Positions 39,979-49,293 of a stretch of 64,000 nt of DNA are shown piece by piece. Source of the DNA: an uncultured Candidatus Saccharibacteria bacterium (lineage in GTDB: Bacteria > Patescibacteriota > Dojkabacteria > CAZCSM01); contig CAZCSM010000003.1 in NCBI GenBank assembly GCA_964501355.1, positions 1,660 to 65,659 of the forward strand, read 5' to 3'. A program made the translations under genes and the position numbers. How positions within the stretch are numbered: the first letter of the stretch is position 1; every line of letters begins with the position of its first letter. The notes under the pieces were generated by a model. That model was given only the letters and a program-made list of their open reading frames with translations. It had not been told where the DNA came from and did not search any database.

Positions 39979-40878
39979 ATGGATAGAACTCTTGTTGTGA
40001 TGGCTGCTGGTTTTGGAAGTCGGTATGGCGGAATTAAGCAAATGGATGGAGTTGGCCCTTCCGGTGAAACGCTTTTAGAATATGCTGTTTATGACGCAAT
40101 TGCTTCCGGATTTAATAAGGTAGTATTTATCGTTCGGCCTGATATTGATGCCGATTTCAAAGAACGAGTTTCTTCGAAATTTGAAGATAAAATAGAGGTT
40201 GTGCACGCTCATCAAACTCTGCAAAATATTCCAAAAGGCTTTGAAATTAATCCTGAAAGAACAAAACCTCTTGGAACCGGACATGCAGTTTGGTGTGCGC
40301 GAAAAGTTGTTAGCGAGCCTTTCGTTGTTATAAATGCTGATGATTTTTATGGGAGATCATCTTTTAAGAAAGTATTTGAGTATTATGAAAATCCAGAGAA
40401 TTCGAAACGTGGCTCATATTGTATGGTTGCATATAAATTGAAGAATACTCTTTCGGATCATGGTTACGTGAATCGAGGTGAATGCTTCGTAGGTGAAGAT
40501 GTCTTATTAAGTCATGTGGAGGAGCGTATTGGAATTCAAAAACATGATGACAATTTTGCGATTTATCCCGAAGACCAGAAAATTTCGTTAGAAGCTCCGG
40601 TTTCCATGAACTTCTGGGGTTTTACTTCAGACTTTTTCGAGATTGTTGAAAATCAACTAATTGATTTTTTGAATAAAAATGCAAGGGAATTAACCGCCGA
40701 ACTTTACGTTCCAGCGATTGTTTCGTCTTCTATTCAAGATAACTTGTGCTCTGTCAAAGTATTGGAAACAGATAGTAAGTGGTATGGCATGACTTATCCT
40801 GATGATCGTCCTGTTGTTGTCAATGCAATAAAAGAAATGGTTGAAAAGGGAATTTATCCTGAAAATCTTTGGAGATAA
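39979..40878 (+). CDS. Sugar-phosphate nucleotidyltransferase family protein
   Basis: LVVMAAG.GSRYGG.KQ, KP.GTGHA, INADDFYG, VSMNFWGF. Confidence 0.9.
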   Translation: MDRTLVVMAAGFGSRYGGIKQMDGVGPSGETLLEYAVYDAIASGFNKVVFIVRPDIDADFKERVSSKFEDKIEVVHAHQTLQNIPKGFEINPERTKPLGTGHAVWCARKVVSEPFVVINADDFYGRSSFKKVFEYYENPENSKRGSYCMVAYKLKNTLSDHGYVNRGECFVGEDVLLSHVEERIGIQKHDDNFAIYPEDQKISLEAPVSMNFWGFTSDFFEIVENQLIDFLNKNARELTAELYVPAIVSSSIQDNLCSVKVLETDSKWYGMTYPDDRPVVVNAIKEMVEKGIYPENLWR

Positions 40879-41240
40879 AAAGAATCGAAATCGTAAGACT
40901 GTTGCTTTTAATTAACGCCTCGTTCTGGCTAATCTTCAGTCTGCTTCGAGTCTTTGTCTACTTTGATCGATTACAAACACAAGTTGTAATACAGTCTGTC
41001 GTTTTAATTATGATGTTTGGGAACGGAGCCGGATTTTTAATTCTAGCTTGGGGGCTAAAGAAATGGGCCAAACTATTTCTTAAGCTTAGCTTTATTTATG
41101 TATTAATAAACTTCGTTCTGACAATAACAGATCAAGTTGGGATTTTGGATTACATAGTTTTGATGTTAAATGCGCTGACTTTATTCTTCATTATTAAAAA
41201 TATTTCAAAAAAGGATTCTGCCAATGAACCAAAAAGTTGA
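40869..41240 (+). CDS. Small membrane protein
   Basis: Four hydrophobic segments; LT.TDQ.G..D. Confidence 0.6.
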   Translation: MEIKRIEIVRLLLLINASFWLIFSLLRVFVYFDRLQTQVVIQSVVLIMMFGNGAGFLILAWGLKKWAKLFLKLSFIYVLINFVLTITDQVGILDYIVLMLNALTLFFIIKNISKKDSANEPKS

Positions 41241-41565
41241 TTTATATCTTTCAAAATTATCTTCTCCGCAAAAAGAAATTTGTGAATATTTAAGAAAGCT
41301 GATATTCAGAATCTTCCCGAAAGTTGAAGAGTCATATAAAAACGGGGTTCCTTGGTATGAAGACAAATTTTACATCGTAGGATTACGTGACTCTGTTAAT
41401 CTTGGATTTTCTGTTTACAAATTACCGAAATCTGATTTAGAAAAGTTTTCCGGCAAAGGGAAGTATATGAGGCATTTGAAATTCAAATCTCTTGATGAGA
41501 TCGATGAAGAAAAAGTAATTAAGTTGCTGGAATTGGTTGAGGGGAAGTTTATGCCTTGTCATTAA
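41224..41565 (+). CDS. DUF1801 (YdhG-like) protein
   Basis: VD.Y, LR.LI....P...E..K...P.Y, VNLGF, G.GK.MRH.K. Confidence 0.8.
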   Translation: MNQKVDLYLSKLSSPQKEICEYLRKLIFRIFPKVEESYKNGVPWYEDKFYIVGLRDSVNLGFSVYKLPKSDLEKFSGKGKYMRHLKFKSLDEIDEEKVIKLLELVEGKFMPCH

Positions 41566-41579
41566 AGTTTTTCATTGTA

Positions 41580-41737
41580 CTACTTTTGCAAACAAAAGTA
41601 GCCAAAATTTCTGGGACAACCTAGTTTCGACAAATAGCAATCAGATACAGATAACTACCGGAATAGGTTGGCCCAGACCCCAACGACTAACAGTCCAATA
41701 CCAAATTACAAAGGGAAGGCGGACTGTTACTTCTTTA
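41580..41737. repeat. Structured repeat family, copy C
   Basis: CTACTTTTG-N4-CAAAAGTAG; stems CTGGGACAACCTA/TAGGTTGGCCCAG and TAACAGTCC/GGACTGTTA. Confidence 0.7.
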
Positions 41738-42131
41738 AATCATATGATTCTTTTATCCATTCCGTTAATTCCTCATCTATTTCTCCTGCACTTGCAATAA
41801 ATAATTGATGTTTATAATTTGTTGCAGATAATGGTACGGTTTGCACTATTCGTGGACTTTTCAAAATTCTATCAAGGGCAAATCGTATTTCTAATTTGTC
41901 TTTCTTTGGCAACAGTGCGATAAAGTCGTAGTTTCCAAATAAGTGTATGCAGCAAGGTAATGAAATTTCTTTCACTTTTCCAATTTCGGATTCTATTATT
42001 TTTAGCAATTGTTTATAGAGGTTTGCCGCAAGCTCTTTATTTTCAAAGTGCGATTCTATTGGAACCTTTTTGCAACTATGCATCTGGTTAGCTTTATCAA
42101 AAATTCTGCCACAAGATTTACAGGTCCACAT
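41727..42131 (-). CDS. DUF5655-like protein with an N-terminal Zn-ribbon
   Basis: MW.C..CGR.F...NQ.HSC; EID.EL..WI.ESY. Confidence 0.7.
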   Translation of the reverse strand: MWTCKSCGRIFDKANQMHSCKKVPIESHFENKELAANLYKQLLKIIESEIGKVKEISLPCCIHLFGNYDFIALLPKKDKLEIRFALDRILKSPRIVQTVPLSATNYKHQLFIASAGEIDEELTEWIKESYDLKK

Positions 42132-42211
42132 GTTTTATATTCATAAAATAATTCATACATTCTTCACAAATTCAGTATAATATATATAAGTTAAAATAAT
42201 AGAAAAATCTT

Positions 42212-43204
42212 ATGTTTTTGAAAACGATACTTTCATTACTCATCATTCCTGCTTTTGCGGCAGAATCTTTTACGGTTGATGATGTTGCTCGGCACAATAC
42301 AACAAGTGATTGCTATATGATTTACGATGGGAAAGTTTACGATTTCACAACATATCTTCGTGAGCATGATGATTATTACTACGACATCGACGCATGGTGT
42401 GGTTCCGATATGACCGAAGCTTTTGAAACGAAAGATGGAAGAGGTGTTGATCATAAATCTCGAACATATTTAATGTTAGACTCATATTACGTCGGTGATT
42501 TAGTTGCTGTTGAGCCCATTATCGAAGAACCAGTTGTTAATGATTCCGAAGTTACTGAATTAACGGAAGATCACGAAGAAGAATATTCAATTGAAATCAG
42601 TGGAGAGGAACTTAAAACTTACACAATTCAAGAAATTGCGGATATGTGGGGAATTGATGCAGAAGAACTCCTTGCGGGAATTATTCAGGAATTTAGTTTG
42701 AAGTCCGATTATACCGTTAATAATGTTTTAGATTCACTTCGTGCAGAGTACAAATTCTCTCCTGCTTTGGTTAAAGATATTGCTGAAGAAATAAAGCTTG
42801 GTACGTCTGATTCCGAAGATGTTGAAGAATCTGTTGTTACAGAAGAAAAAACTACAAAAACCCAAAGTCCATACAATTTTGCAATTCCATTTTTCGGAAC
42901 ATTGTTTACCTATTTCGTGTCTGAAGTTTTAGTCCGTATCGGTAAAGATAAAAAGGATTGGAGATTTAACAAAACAACGGAGAGGTTTTTCTGGAATACG
43001 GTTTTAATTATCAGTCTTGTTCCGTCTGCTATCTTCGGTTTTTATCTGGTTCTCAGATACAGTATTCCTGTACTTAGTGATATTAATTTTGATTTCCTTT
43101 ATTGGCACGTTGAAGGATCTATTGTCTTTGGTACAGTTTGTGTAATTCATTTTATCGAGCGATTGAAAATGTATTTTGCACAATTCCGAACGTTAAAAAG
43201 GTAG
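42212..43204 (+). CDS. Cytochrome b5-like heme-binding domain protein with a C-terminal 3-TM His-containing domain
   Basis: FT..DVA.HN...DCY....GKVYD.T.Y...H...CG.D.T..F......H; TM segment YWH-x13-H. Confidence 0.75.
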   Translation: MFLKTILSLLIIPAFAAESFTVDDVARHNTTSDCYMIYDGKVYDFTTYLREHDDYYYDIDAWCGSDMTEAFETKDGRGVDHKSRTYLMLDSYYVGDLVAVEPIIEEPVVNDSEVTELTEDHEEEYSIEISGEELKTYTIQEIADMWGIDAEELLAGIIQEFSLKSDYTVNNVLDSLRAEYKFSPALVKDIAEEIKLGTSDSEDVEESVVTEEKTTKTQSPYNFAIPFFGTLFTYFVSEVLVRIGKDKKDWRFNKTTERFFWNTVLIISLVPSAIFGFYLVLRYSIPVLSDINFDFLYWHVEGSIVFGTVCVIHFIERLKMYFAQFRTLKR

Positions 43205-43285
43205 CGTTATCCGGATACTTCCACTTTTACGAATAGTTCATATCTTCTTTGTAAACTGTTTCTGTAGTATTTAATCATCATTGTT

Positions 43286-44356
43286 ATGAAACTGCAGAAA
43301 TTTACAGCACTTCTCTCAACTCTCTTTCTGCTTAGTATCTTCTCGCTCTCCGTCTCTGCACAGGAATCTCCTCGAGTTGTTCGTGTTGGTATTTACGATA
43401 ATAAACCTAAGGTATATCAGGACCAAGATGGCACGGTAAAGGGATTCTTTGCTGATATTGTTAACTATGTTGCGGAACAAGAAAACTGGAACGTTGAATA
43501 TGTTTATGGTACCTGGGCTGAGGGATTATCAAGATTGGAGAATGGAGAAATTGACACTATGGTTGATGTTGCCCTTTCTGAGGAGCAGAGAGAAAAGTAT
43601 GATTTTAATAATGAAACGGTTTTGATAAATTGGGCAACTGTGTATACAAGAGAAGGTTTTGAAATTCAATCTCTCCAGGATCTGGAGGGAAAGGATATTG
43701 CGGTGATGAAGGGCGGAATTCATTATGACGGTCCCATGGGTATCAAAGTTTTGTTGGAGTCGTTTGGGATTAATGCAAATTTTATTGAGGTTGATCTTTA
43801 TGCAGATGTCTTTGAATTACTTGATAAAAAGGAGGCTGATGCGGGGGTGGTAAATAGGGTTTTTGGAGTTGCCAATGAACCGGATTACGATGTCATACGA
43901 TCAAATGTTGTCTTTAATCCAATTGAGCTTCGATTTGCTTTTACTAAGGATGATTCGGATAATAGTTTGCTTATCTCCGCTTTCGATAAGCAATTGAGGG
44001 AAATGAAGTCTGATCCTGATAGCGTTTATTATGAAAGTATTAGGACATATCTTCCAGGTTTTACCGTTAGAGTTCAGCAAGAGACACCTCTTTGGATTAT
44101 TATTACAATGATCTCACTCGCTTTCGTTTTGGCATGCCTTATTATCATTGTGATCCTCAATCAGTTTTATCAGAGAAGATTGGAAATAAGAGTTAAGGAT
44201 CGTACGGAAGAGCTAAATAAATCTACAGAAAAATATCAGAGACTTTACGAAAAGTCTCAACAGGAAATTCAGGAAATGGAAATATTGATGAAGGCCGCGG
44301 TTAATAGGGAATTGAAGATAAAGGAGCTCAAGAAGCGTTTATCTGATTTTGAATAA
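43286..44356 (+). CDS. Extracytoplasmic solute-binding (family 3) sensor domain with TM and short coiled coil
   Basis: VRVG.Y.N.P, G...DI, W...L..L..GEID, L.GK.IAV; V..RT.EL and RELKI.ELK; no kinase domain. Confidence 0.75.
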   Translation: MKLQKFTALLSTLFLLSIFSLSVSAQESPRVVRVGIYDNKPKVYQDQDGTVKGFFADIVNYVAEQENWNVEYVYGTWAEGLSRLENGEIDTMVDVALSEEQREKYDFNNETVLINWATVYTREGFEIQSLQDLEGKDIAVMKGGIHYDGPMGIKVLLESFGINANFIEVDLYADVFELLDKKEADAGVVNRVFGVANEPDYDVIRSNVVFNPIELRFAFTKDDSDNSLLISAFDKQLREMKSDPDSVYYESIRTYLPGFTVRVQQETPLWIIITMISLAFVLACLIIIVILNQFYQRRLEIRVKDRTEELNKSTEKYQRLYEKSQQEIQEMEILMKAAVNRELKIKELKKRLSDFE

Positions 44357-44377
44357 TTATAGTTAAGTAGAAGTTTT

Positions 44378-44806
44378 ATGAAAGAATTTCAAAGGAAAAC
44401 ACTTATTTGGATTGTTGGAGGACAACTCATTTCTACGATTATAATTATTGCATGGGTAGTGGGTAGCGATTCTCTTCGCGAGTTTATGGGAAACATTCCT
44501 TTCTTCGGCTCTGGAATTGCTTTGGTTTTTCTTGGGGTAATAGTTGCGGTGTTGATCAAAAAATATAATGTTGCAAAACCGTTGATAATTTATCTCTCGA
44601 TGTCTGGTTATTCTGCAATTTATTTTTTACCTGCAACCGTTGCGCACAATTTTCTGGAAGTTGGCGGGGAACAACTCGGCGGGATTTTGGGAGGAATAAT
44701 GAGCTTCTTGGGAGCAACCTTTTTTCTAACTTCCGTAATAGGCGTCCCAATAGCATTGTTGGTTGGAATTATCGGCAGCCTAGTTCTGCTTTTGAGGAAG
44801 ACTTAA
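44378..44806 (+). CDS. Hypothetical membrane protein
   Basis: Four hydrophobic segments with an HN motif. Confidence 0.65.
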   Translation: MKEFQRKTLIWIVGGQLISTIIIIAWVVGSDSLREFMGNIPFFGSGIALVFLGVIVAVLIKKYNVAKPLIIYLSMSGYSAIYFLPATVAHNFLEVGGEQLGGILGGIMSFLGATFFLTSVIGVPIALLVGIIGSLVLLLRKT

Positions 44807-45141
44807 TTCGTTGTTGAAATCGACATTCCGAATTCGCAATCTGAATCTTCACATGTTATCGTAACTTCTTGTCCGATTTGCAGTGTCGCAAAGTTTACTT
44901 TTCCTCCATTCGTGTTATCAACTTCGTTCCCTAAACTGATCCAATCTGAGGTTCCTTCGACGTTTGTTAATTGGACCGAAAAGTCATGGTCTCTCTTGTT
45001 TGCAATGCTTCCTGAAATTGTTAATTGATCTGTAAGTCCTGGAAGATTCCTGGCTTCTTGAACATTTTCTTTCTCACTTGTACAAGCTGTGAGAAATACT
45101 ATGCAAAAGACAATTGTTATTATTAGCGTTAGTCTCCTCAT
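44803..45141 (-). CDS. Putative lipoprotein
   Basis: Lipobox LTAC after a hydrophobic leader. Confidence 0.6.
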   Translation of the reverse strand: MRRLTLIITIVFCIVFLTACTSEKENVQEARNLPGLTDQLTISGSIANKRDHDFSVQLTNVEGTSDWISLGNEVDNTNGGKVNFATLQIGQEVTITCEDSDCEFGMSISTTN

Positions 45142-45252
45142 ATCCTTAAATTTTAATTAATTACATATAGGATAATTCAAAAAATATCGAACTTCAACTT
45201 GACTTAATTAACACACAGTGGAATACTGTTTTTAGTAAATACTTCAAACTGC

Positions 45253-45606
45253 TTGAACCTCGTGGAAGAATTTTGGATGATTATTGGTCTAATATTGACC
45301 GGATGTGTGGTGCTTTTAACGTACTATTTTGCAGTTGTGTTAAAGGAACTCGCAGAGCGGTTGAAAGAATCGAAGTCTGTTGTTGCAAATGTTGATGAAA
45401 TTACAGTTAATGTTTTAGAAAGTCAGAGAAAAATTTCAGGTGCAGTTGAATCAATTGAAAATATTGCAACGGGAATCGAAGAATCTTTTACCGCAATTCG
45501 CGAACAATTCCTGATCCCATTCTCATACATAATGAGGATTGTTCAACAAGTTCAGGAGTATTTCGGGAATAAAAAAGAAGAATCAAAAATATCAGAAGAA
45601 GAATAA
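45253..45606 (+). CDS. DUF948/YoxC-like TM plus coiled-coil protein
   Basis: N-terminal TM then amphipathic helix; upstream of a YtxH gene. Confidence 0.55.
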   Translation: MNLVEEFWMIIGLILTGCVVLLTYYFAVVLKELAERLKESKSVVANVDEITVNVLESQRKISGAVESIENIATGIEESFTAIREQFLIPFSYIMRIVQQVQEYFGNKKEESKISEEE

Positions 45607-45631
45607 CTTTTTAAATTTATTAAATTTCAAA

Positions 45632-45880
45632 ATGGACAGAAAAGAAGGAAAAGGTTTAATGTTAGGAGCTCTACTTGGAGGTCTTGCCGGTGCTGCTGCA
45701 GGAATTCTCTTTGCTCCAAAATCTGGAAAGAAAACAAGAGAAGATCTTAAATTAAAAGCTGAGGAATTAGCAAATAATGTTAGAACTGGTGCAAAGAAAT
45801 TCAACAAAGATAAAGTTGAACCAGTTGTAGAAAAGTTGGGTGAGAAGGTAGAAGAAGTAGGAAAGAAGATGCAAGCATAG
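45632..45880 (+). CDS. YtxH domain protein
   Basis: GALLGG.AGAAAGILFAPKSGKKTRE.L; ATG at 45632. Confidence 0.85.
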   Translation: MDRKEGKGLMLGALLGGLAGAAAGILFAPKSGKKTREDLKLKAEELANNVRTGAKKFNKDKVEPVVEKLGEKVEEVGKKMQA

Positions 45881-45906
45881 GTTAAAATTTTATAACCTTG
45901 TAAATT

Positions 45907-45933
45907 AAGAGTTAGAGAAATCTAACTCTTTTT
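45907..45933 (+). terminator. Intrinsic terminator
   Basis: AAGAGTTAGA-GAAA-TCTAACTCTT-TTT. Confidence 0.75.
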
Positions 45934-45950
45934 GTATATTCTTCTCATCA

Positions 45951-46051
45951 GTGGTTGAGAATTATAAACGTTGTGAGTGAGGAGTTAGACTCACAAGTCA
46001 GTACCGTCTCAAAAAGAGAATGGTTAATGGCTCCTGTGTGTTCTCAACCAC
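45951..46051. ncRNA. Candidate three-way-junction structured RNA of unknown class
   Basis: Stems GTGGTTGAGAA/TTCTCAACCAC, TTGTGAGT/ACTCACAA and ACCGTCTC/GAGAATGGT. Confidence 0.4.
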
Positions 46052-46074
46052 AATTATTTTATTCTGAAAAGGAA

Positions 46075-46260
46075 ATGGATCAAGTTACGACAGCTCCGAG
46101 AACGGCAAGTAAGTTTTTAATTGGTGCTTTGATAGGTAGCGCGGTTGGTGCAACTGCGGGGATTCTTTTTGCACCGAGATCCGGACAAAGGACACGAGCG
46201 ATGCTTCAGGAGAAGGGGACTGAATTTACTGAAAATTTGAAGAAGAAATTTAAGAAATAG
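46075..46260 (+). CDS. Second YtxH domain protein
   Basis: FLIGALIG.AVGA.AGILFAPRSG..TR. Confidence 0.8.
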   Translation: MDQVTTAPRTASKFLIGALIGSAVGATAGILFAPRSGQRTRAMLQEKGTEFTENLKKKFKK

Positions 46261-46463
46261 AAATGGTTAACAGTTTGCTGAAATTGCGAGGATTGTGACG
46301 ATGAAGAAGATGAAAATATAATTTTGCGGAACCCTATTTTATGTCATTCTCCGGAGGGAGAATCTGACATAAAATATTCATCGTATACATTCAATTGTGT
46401 CTTATCCTCCACCTGTGGTGAGCCTGTCGAATCCATTCGGAGGATGACACAAAAGAGGATTTA

Positions 46464-47531
46464 CTATTTCCAGTAACTTTGCACCAGATCCTGATAGTGG
46501 GTAAGATTGTGAATAGTGCACAAATGTTTTCCGAGTGGCTCGTCGACATTCAGCAAGTGGCGTAAATATGCTTTTGTAAATCCGCCTTTGCATGCGTAAC
46601 AATTGCAGTTCGGATCGAGTGGCGTGAAGTCCTCTTTGTATTGTTCATTCTTCAGTCTTACAATTCCCTCCGATGTGAAGATAAAACCATGGCGTGCATT
46701 TCTTGTTGGTAGCACGCTGTCGAACACATCAATCCCTCGCTTAATCGATTCCCGAATATTCTCTGGCGTTCCAATTCCCATTAAATATCTTGGCTTATCT
46801 TCCGGCAAAATAGGATTCAAAACTTCAAGAATTCGATACATTTCTTCCGCACTTTCTCCAACTGCAAGTCCTCCAATTGCATATCCGTCAAATCCAATCG
46901 ACATAATCTGCTCAGCACTTTGCAATCGCAAATCATCATAAGTAGATCCTTGAACAATCCCCCAAAGATGTGGAGGATTTTCATCGTATTTCGTCAATTC
47001 CTCAAATTTCGATTTTGATCTTTTTGCCCACTCGTAAGTTCTTTGCATTGCTTTTTCTGCATATTTCCGCTCACATGGATTGGGTACGCATTCATCCAGA
47101 ACCATCAAAATATCGGAACCTAGTTTATACTGTATCTCAATTGATTTCTCCGGCGTCAGCAAATATTTATTTCCGTCAATGTGTGATTGAAACTCAACGC
47201 CTTCGTCTGTGATTTTCCCAAGTTTGCTTCTATGTACTAGGCTGAATGCTTGAAACCCTCCGGAATCGGTAAGCATTGGCCCTTCATGTCCTACAAACAT
47301 TTGAACACCTCCAGCCTTGTTCACGATGTCTTCTCCAGGACGAAGCATTAGGTGGTATGTATTTGAAAGGATTAATTCCAGCCCAATATCTTTGAAATCT
47401 CTTGGCGTTAAATGTTTAATTGTTGCGCGCGTTGCATCCGGTGCAAAACAAGGTGTGTGAAAATCACCTCTTCGTGTGTGGTAGATTCCGAATCTATGCG
47501 GTTGGGTTTGTTGTAATTCAAAGTTTGACAA
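46464..47531 (-). CDS. tgt: tRNA-guanine transglycosylase
   Basis: NTYHL.LRPG, LTDSGGFQ, DEC, GIVQG, GGLAVGE, YLMG.G, Zn site C.C..C...H. Confidence 0.96.
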   Translation of the reverse strand: MSNFELQQTQPHRFGIYHTRRGDFHTPCFAPDATRATIKHLTPRDFKDIGLELILSNTYHLMLRPGEDIVNKAGGVQMFVGHEGPMLTDSGGFQAFSLVHRSKLGKITDEGVEFQSHIDGNKYLLTPEKSIEIQYKLGSDILMVLDECVPNPCERKYAEKAMQRTYEWAKRSKSKFEELTKYDENPPHLWGIVQGSTYDDLRLQSAEQIMSIGFDGYAIGGLAVGESAEEMYRILEVLNPILPEDKPRYLMGIGTPENIRESIKRGIDVFDSVLPTRNARHGFIFTSEGIVRLKNEQYKEDFTPLDPNCNCYACKGGFTKAYLRHLLNVDEPLGKHLCTIHNLTHYQDLVQSYWK

Positions 47532-47747
47532 CTGTTTATGTATCTTATCTAAAACGTTACGATTATAGCAAAAATAGTGAGTAGTAAGTAGTGAATAGCG
47601 AGTAGTGTAGGGACAGGTTTGAAACCTGTCCCTACGTAAGGTGTCATTCCGGACAGCGATTTTAGGAGCGTGATCCGGAATTTATTTGGAATCAGCAAGG
47701 TAAAAGGAAAAAAGATTTGCTATAATTATTAACTAAACTTTAATAAT

Positions 47748-47966
47748 ATGATAAAAGATTTTCTCCATATACGATCTAATATTGAGGAGCATTGGAATGT
47801 AATTCCCCTGACTGCGTTTGTTTGTTATATGGGTTGGATTACTGATAATCCATATATTGCGGAATGGACTCATCAAATGATCCGTTATGGAATTGAGACT
47901 TTTGGAGAAAGCGGGCCATATGGGTCATTGGAGGGTAGATGGATTGGGGATAGGGTTGAGATTTAA
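47748..47966 (+). CDS. Small hypothetical protein between tgt and queA, on the opposite strand
   Basis: 72-aa ATG ORF preceded by TGcTATAAT. Confidence 0.4.
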   Translation: MIKDFLHIRSNIEEHWNVIPLTAFVCYMGWITDNPYIAEWTHQMIRYGIETFGESGPYGSLEGRWIGDRVEI

Positions 47967-48994
47967 ATAATTAACATACTGTCACCATAACTTAAAAACT
48001 TGTAATTCTTCTCTTTTGCCTCTTCATACGCTTTGAACAATAAATCCTTTCCACAGAAGGCCGCTGTTAGCATTAGCACAGTAGTTTTTGGTGCGTGAAA
48101 ATTCGTTAAAAGCATATCAACAGCTTTGAATTTGTATCCCGGGTATATGAAAATCCTCGAATCTCCGGTAAATGCATTCACAGTTCCATCTTCATTTGCA
48201 ACTGTTTCAATAACTCTTGTTGCTGTTGTTCCTACAGTAAGCAGTCTTCCTCCGGCTTTTTTCACTTCATTAATTACTTCAGCATCTTGTTCTTCAATCG
48301 AGAACCACTCTGAATGAATATCGTGTTCTTCGACTTCATCTTCGGTAACCGGTGCAAATGTATCCCATCCAACGTGCAGTGTTACATAAACAATTTTCAC
48401 ACCTTTGTTTAATAATTTTTCAATTAACTCATCCGTAAAATTTAACGATGCAGTTGGAGCCGCTACGGCACCTTTTTCTCTTGCAAAAACGGTTTGATAT
48501 CTCTCGACATCTTCCGGAGTATCTTCTCTTTTTATGTATGGAGGAAGAGGCGTATGGCCAACTTGTTCAATTACTTTATCCGCTTGATCGGGAAACTTTA
48601 CAAGTCGTGGTTTGCCGTGCTCATTTTGTATTATCTCTACTTCTGTTTTTCCATCTTCGAGTACTAAATGGTGCTCATCTTGTACACGTTTTCCTCGACC
48701 AATCATTACTTCCCAAATGTGCTCGGTCGGATTGATGTTTTTGAGTAAGAAAAGTTCTACTCGTTTCTTATTATCCTTTCCGTATGCAAACAATCGTGCA
48801 GGAATAACTTTCGTATCATTGAGAACAACACAATCTCCAGGATTTAAAAATTCATCTAGATTGTAATATTTTGAATGTTCAAACTTTCCAGTTTCTCGAT
48901 TTACGACAAACAGATTTGTCGTGCCTCGAATTTCCGGAGGGTACTGTGCTATGTATTTGTCGGGCAGGTTGTAGTCGAAATCGGATACTTTCAC
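47963..48994 (-). CDS. queA: S-adenosylmethionine:tRNA ribosyltransferase-isomerase
   Basis: DFDY.LP...IAQ.P, NDTKVIPARL, PLPPYI.R, YQTVFA, AAPTA.L.F, TNFH.P, F.SYGD. Confidence 0.97.
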   Translation of the reverse strand: MKVSDFDYNLPDKYIAQYPPEIRGTTNLFVVNRETGKFEHSKYYNLDEFLNPGDCVVLNDTKVIPARLFAYGKDNKKRVELFLLKNINPTEHIWEVMIGRGKRVQDEHHLVLEDGKTEVEIIQNEHGKPRLVKFPDQADKVIEQVGHTPLPPYIKREDTPEDVERYQTVFAREKGAVAAPTASLNFTDELIEKLLNKGVKIVYVTLHVGWDTFAPVTEDEVEEHDIHSEWFSIEEQDAEVINEVKKAGGRLLTVGTTATRVIETVANEDGTVNAFTGDSRIFIYPGYKFKAVDMLLTNFHAPKTTVLMLTAAFCGKDLLFKAYEEAKEKNYKFLSYGDSMLII

Positions 48995-49093
48995 GATAAT
49001 AATTTTTTACTGTAATGATTATTCAGCTTGGATTATAACATTTTATTATCATTGCGAGGAGGGGAATCTTTTTTTAATAAATATTGAGACTAT

Positions 49094-49245
49094 GTTACTT
49101 TTTACACAAAAAGTAACCAAAAGTGCTGAAACAACATAGCGCCTCAGATAGCAACCTTGAAACAAATAACTACCGGCATACGTTGTTTCAGACTTCGACG
49201 ACTGGACAACCCAATACAAATAACAAGGGGGCTGTTACTTCTTTA
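49094..49245. repeat. Structured repeat family, copy D
   Basis: GTTACTTTTT-ACAC-AAAAAGTAAC-CAAAAGTG-CTGAAACAAC...GTTGTTTCAG-ACTTCGACGACT. Confidence 0.75.
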
Positions 49246-49293
49246 CTTTTAAACTGGTATAATTCGGGCAAGTACATAACACGTATTAATAAA

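Noticed and set aside
49123-49293. 57-aa N-terminal extension of Fmt
   Set aside because: It is read-through of structured-repeat copy D; the conserved Fmt start is ATG 49294.
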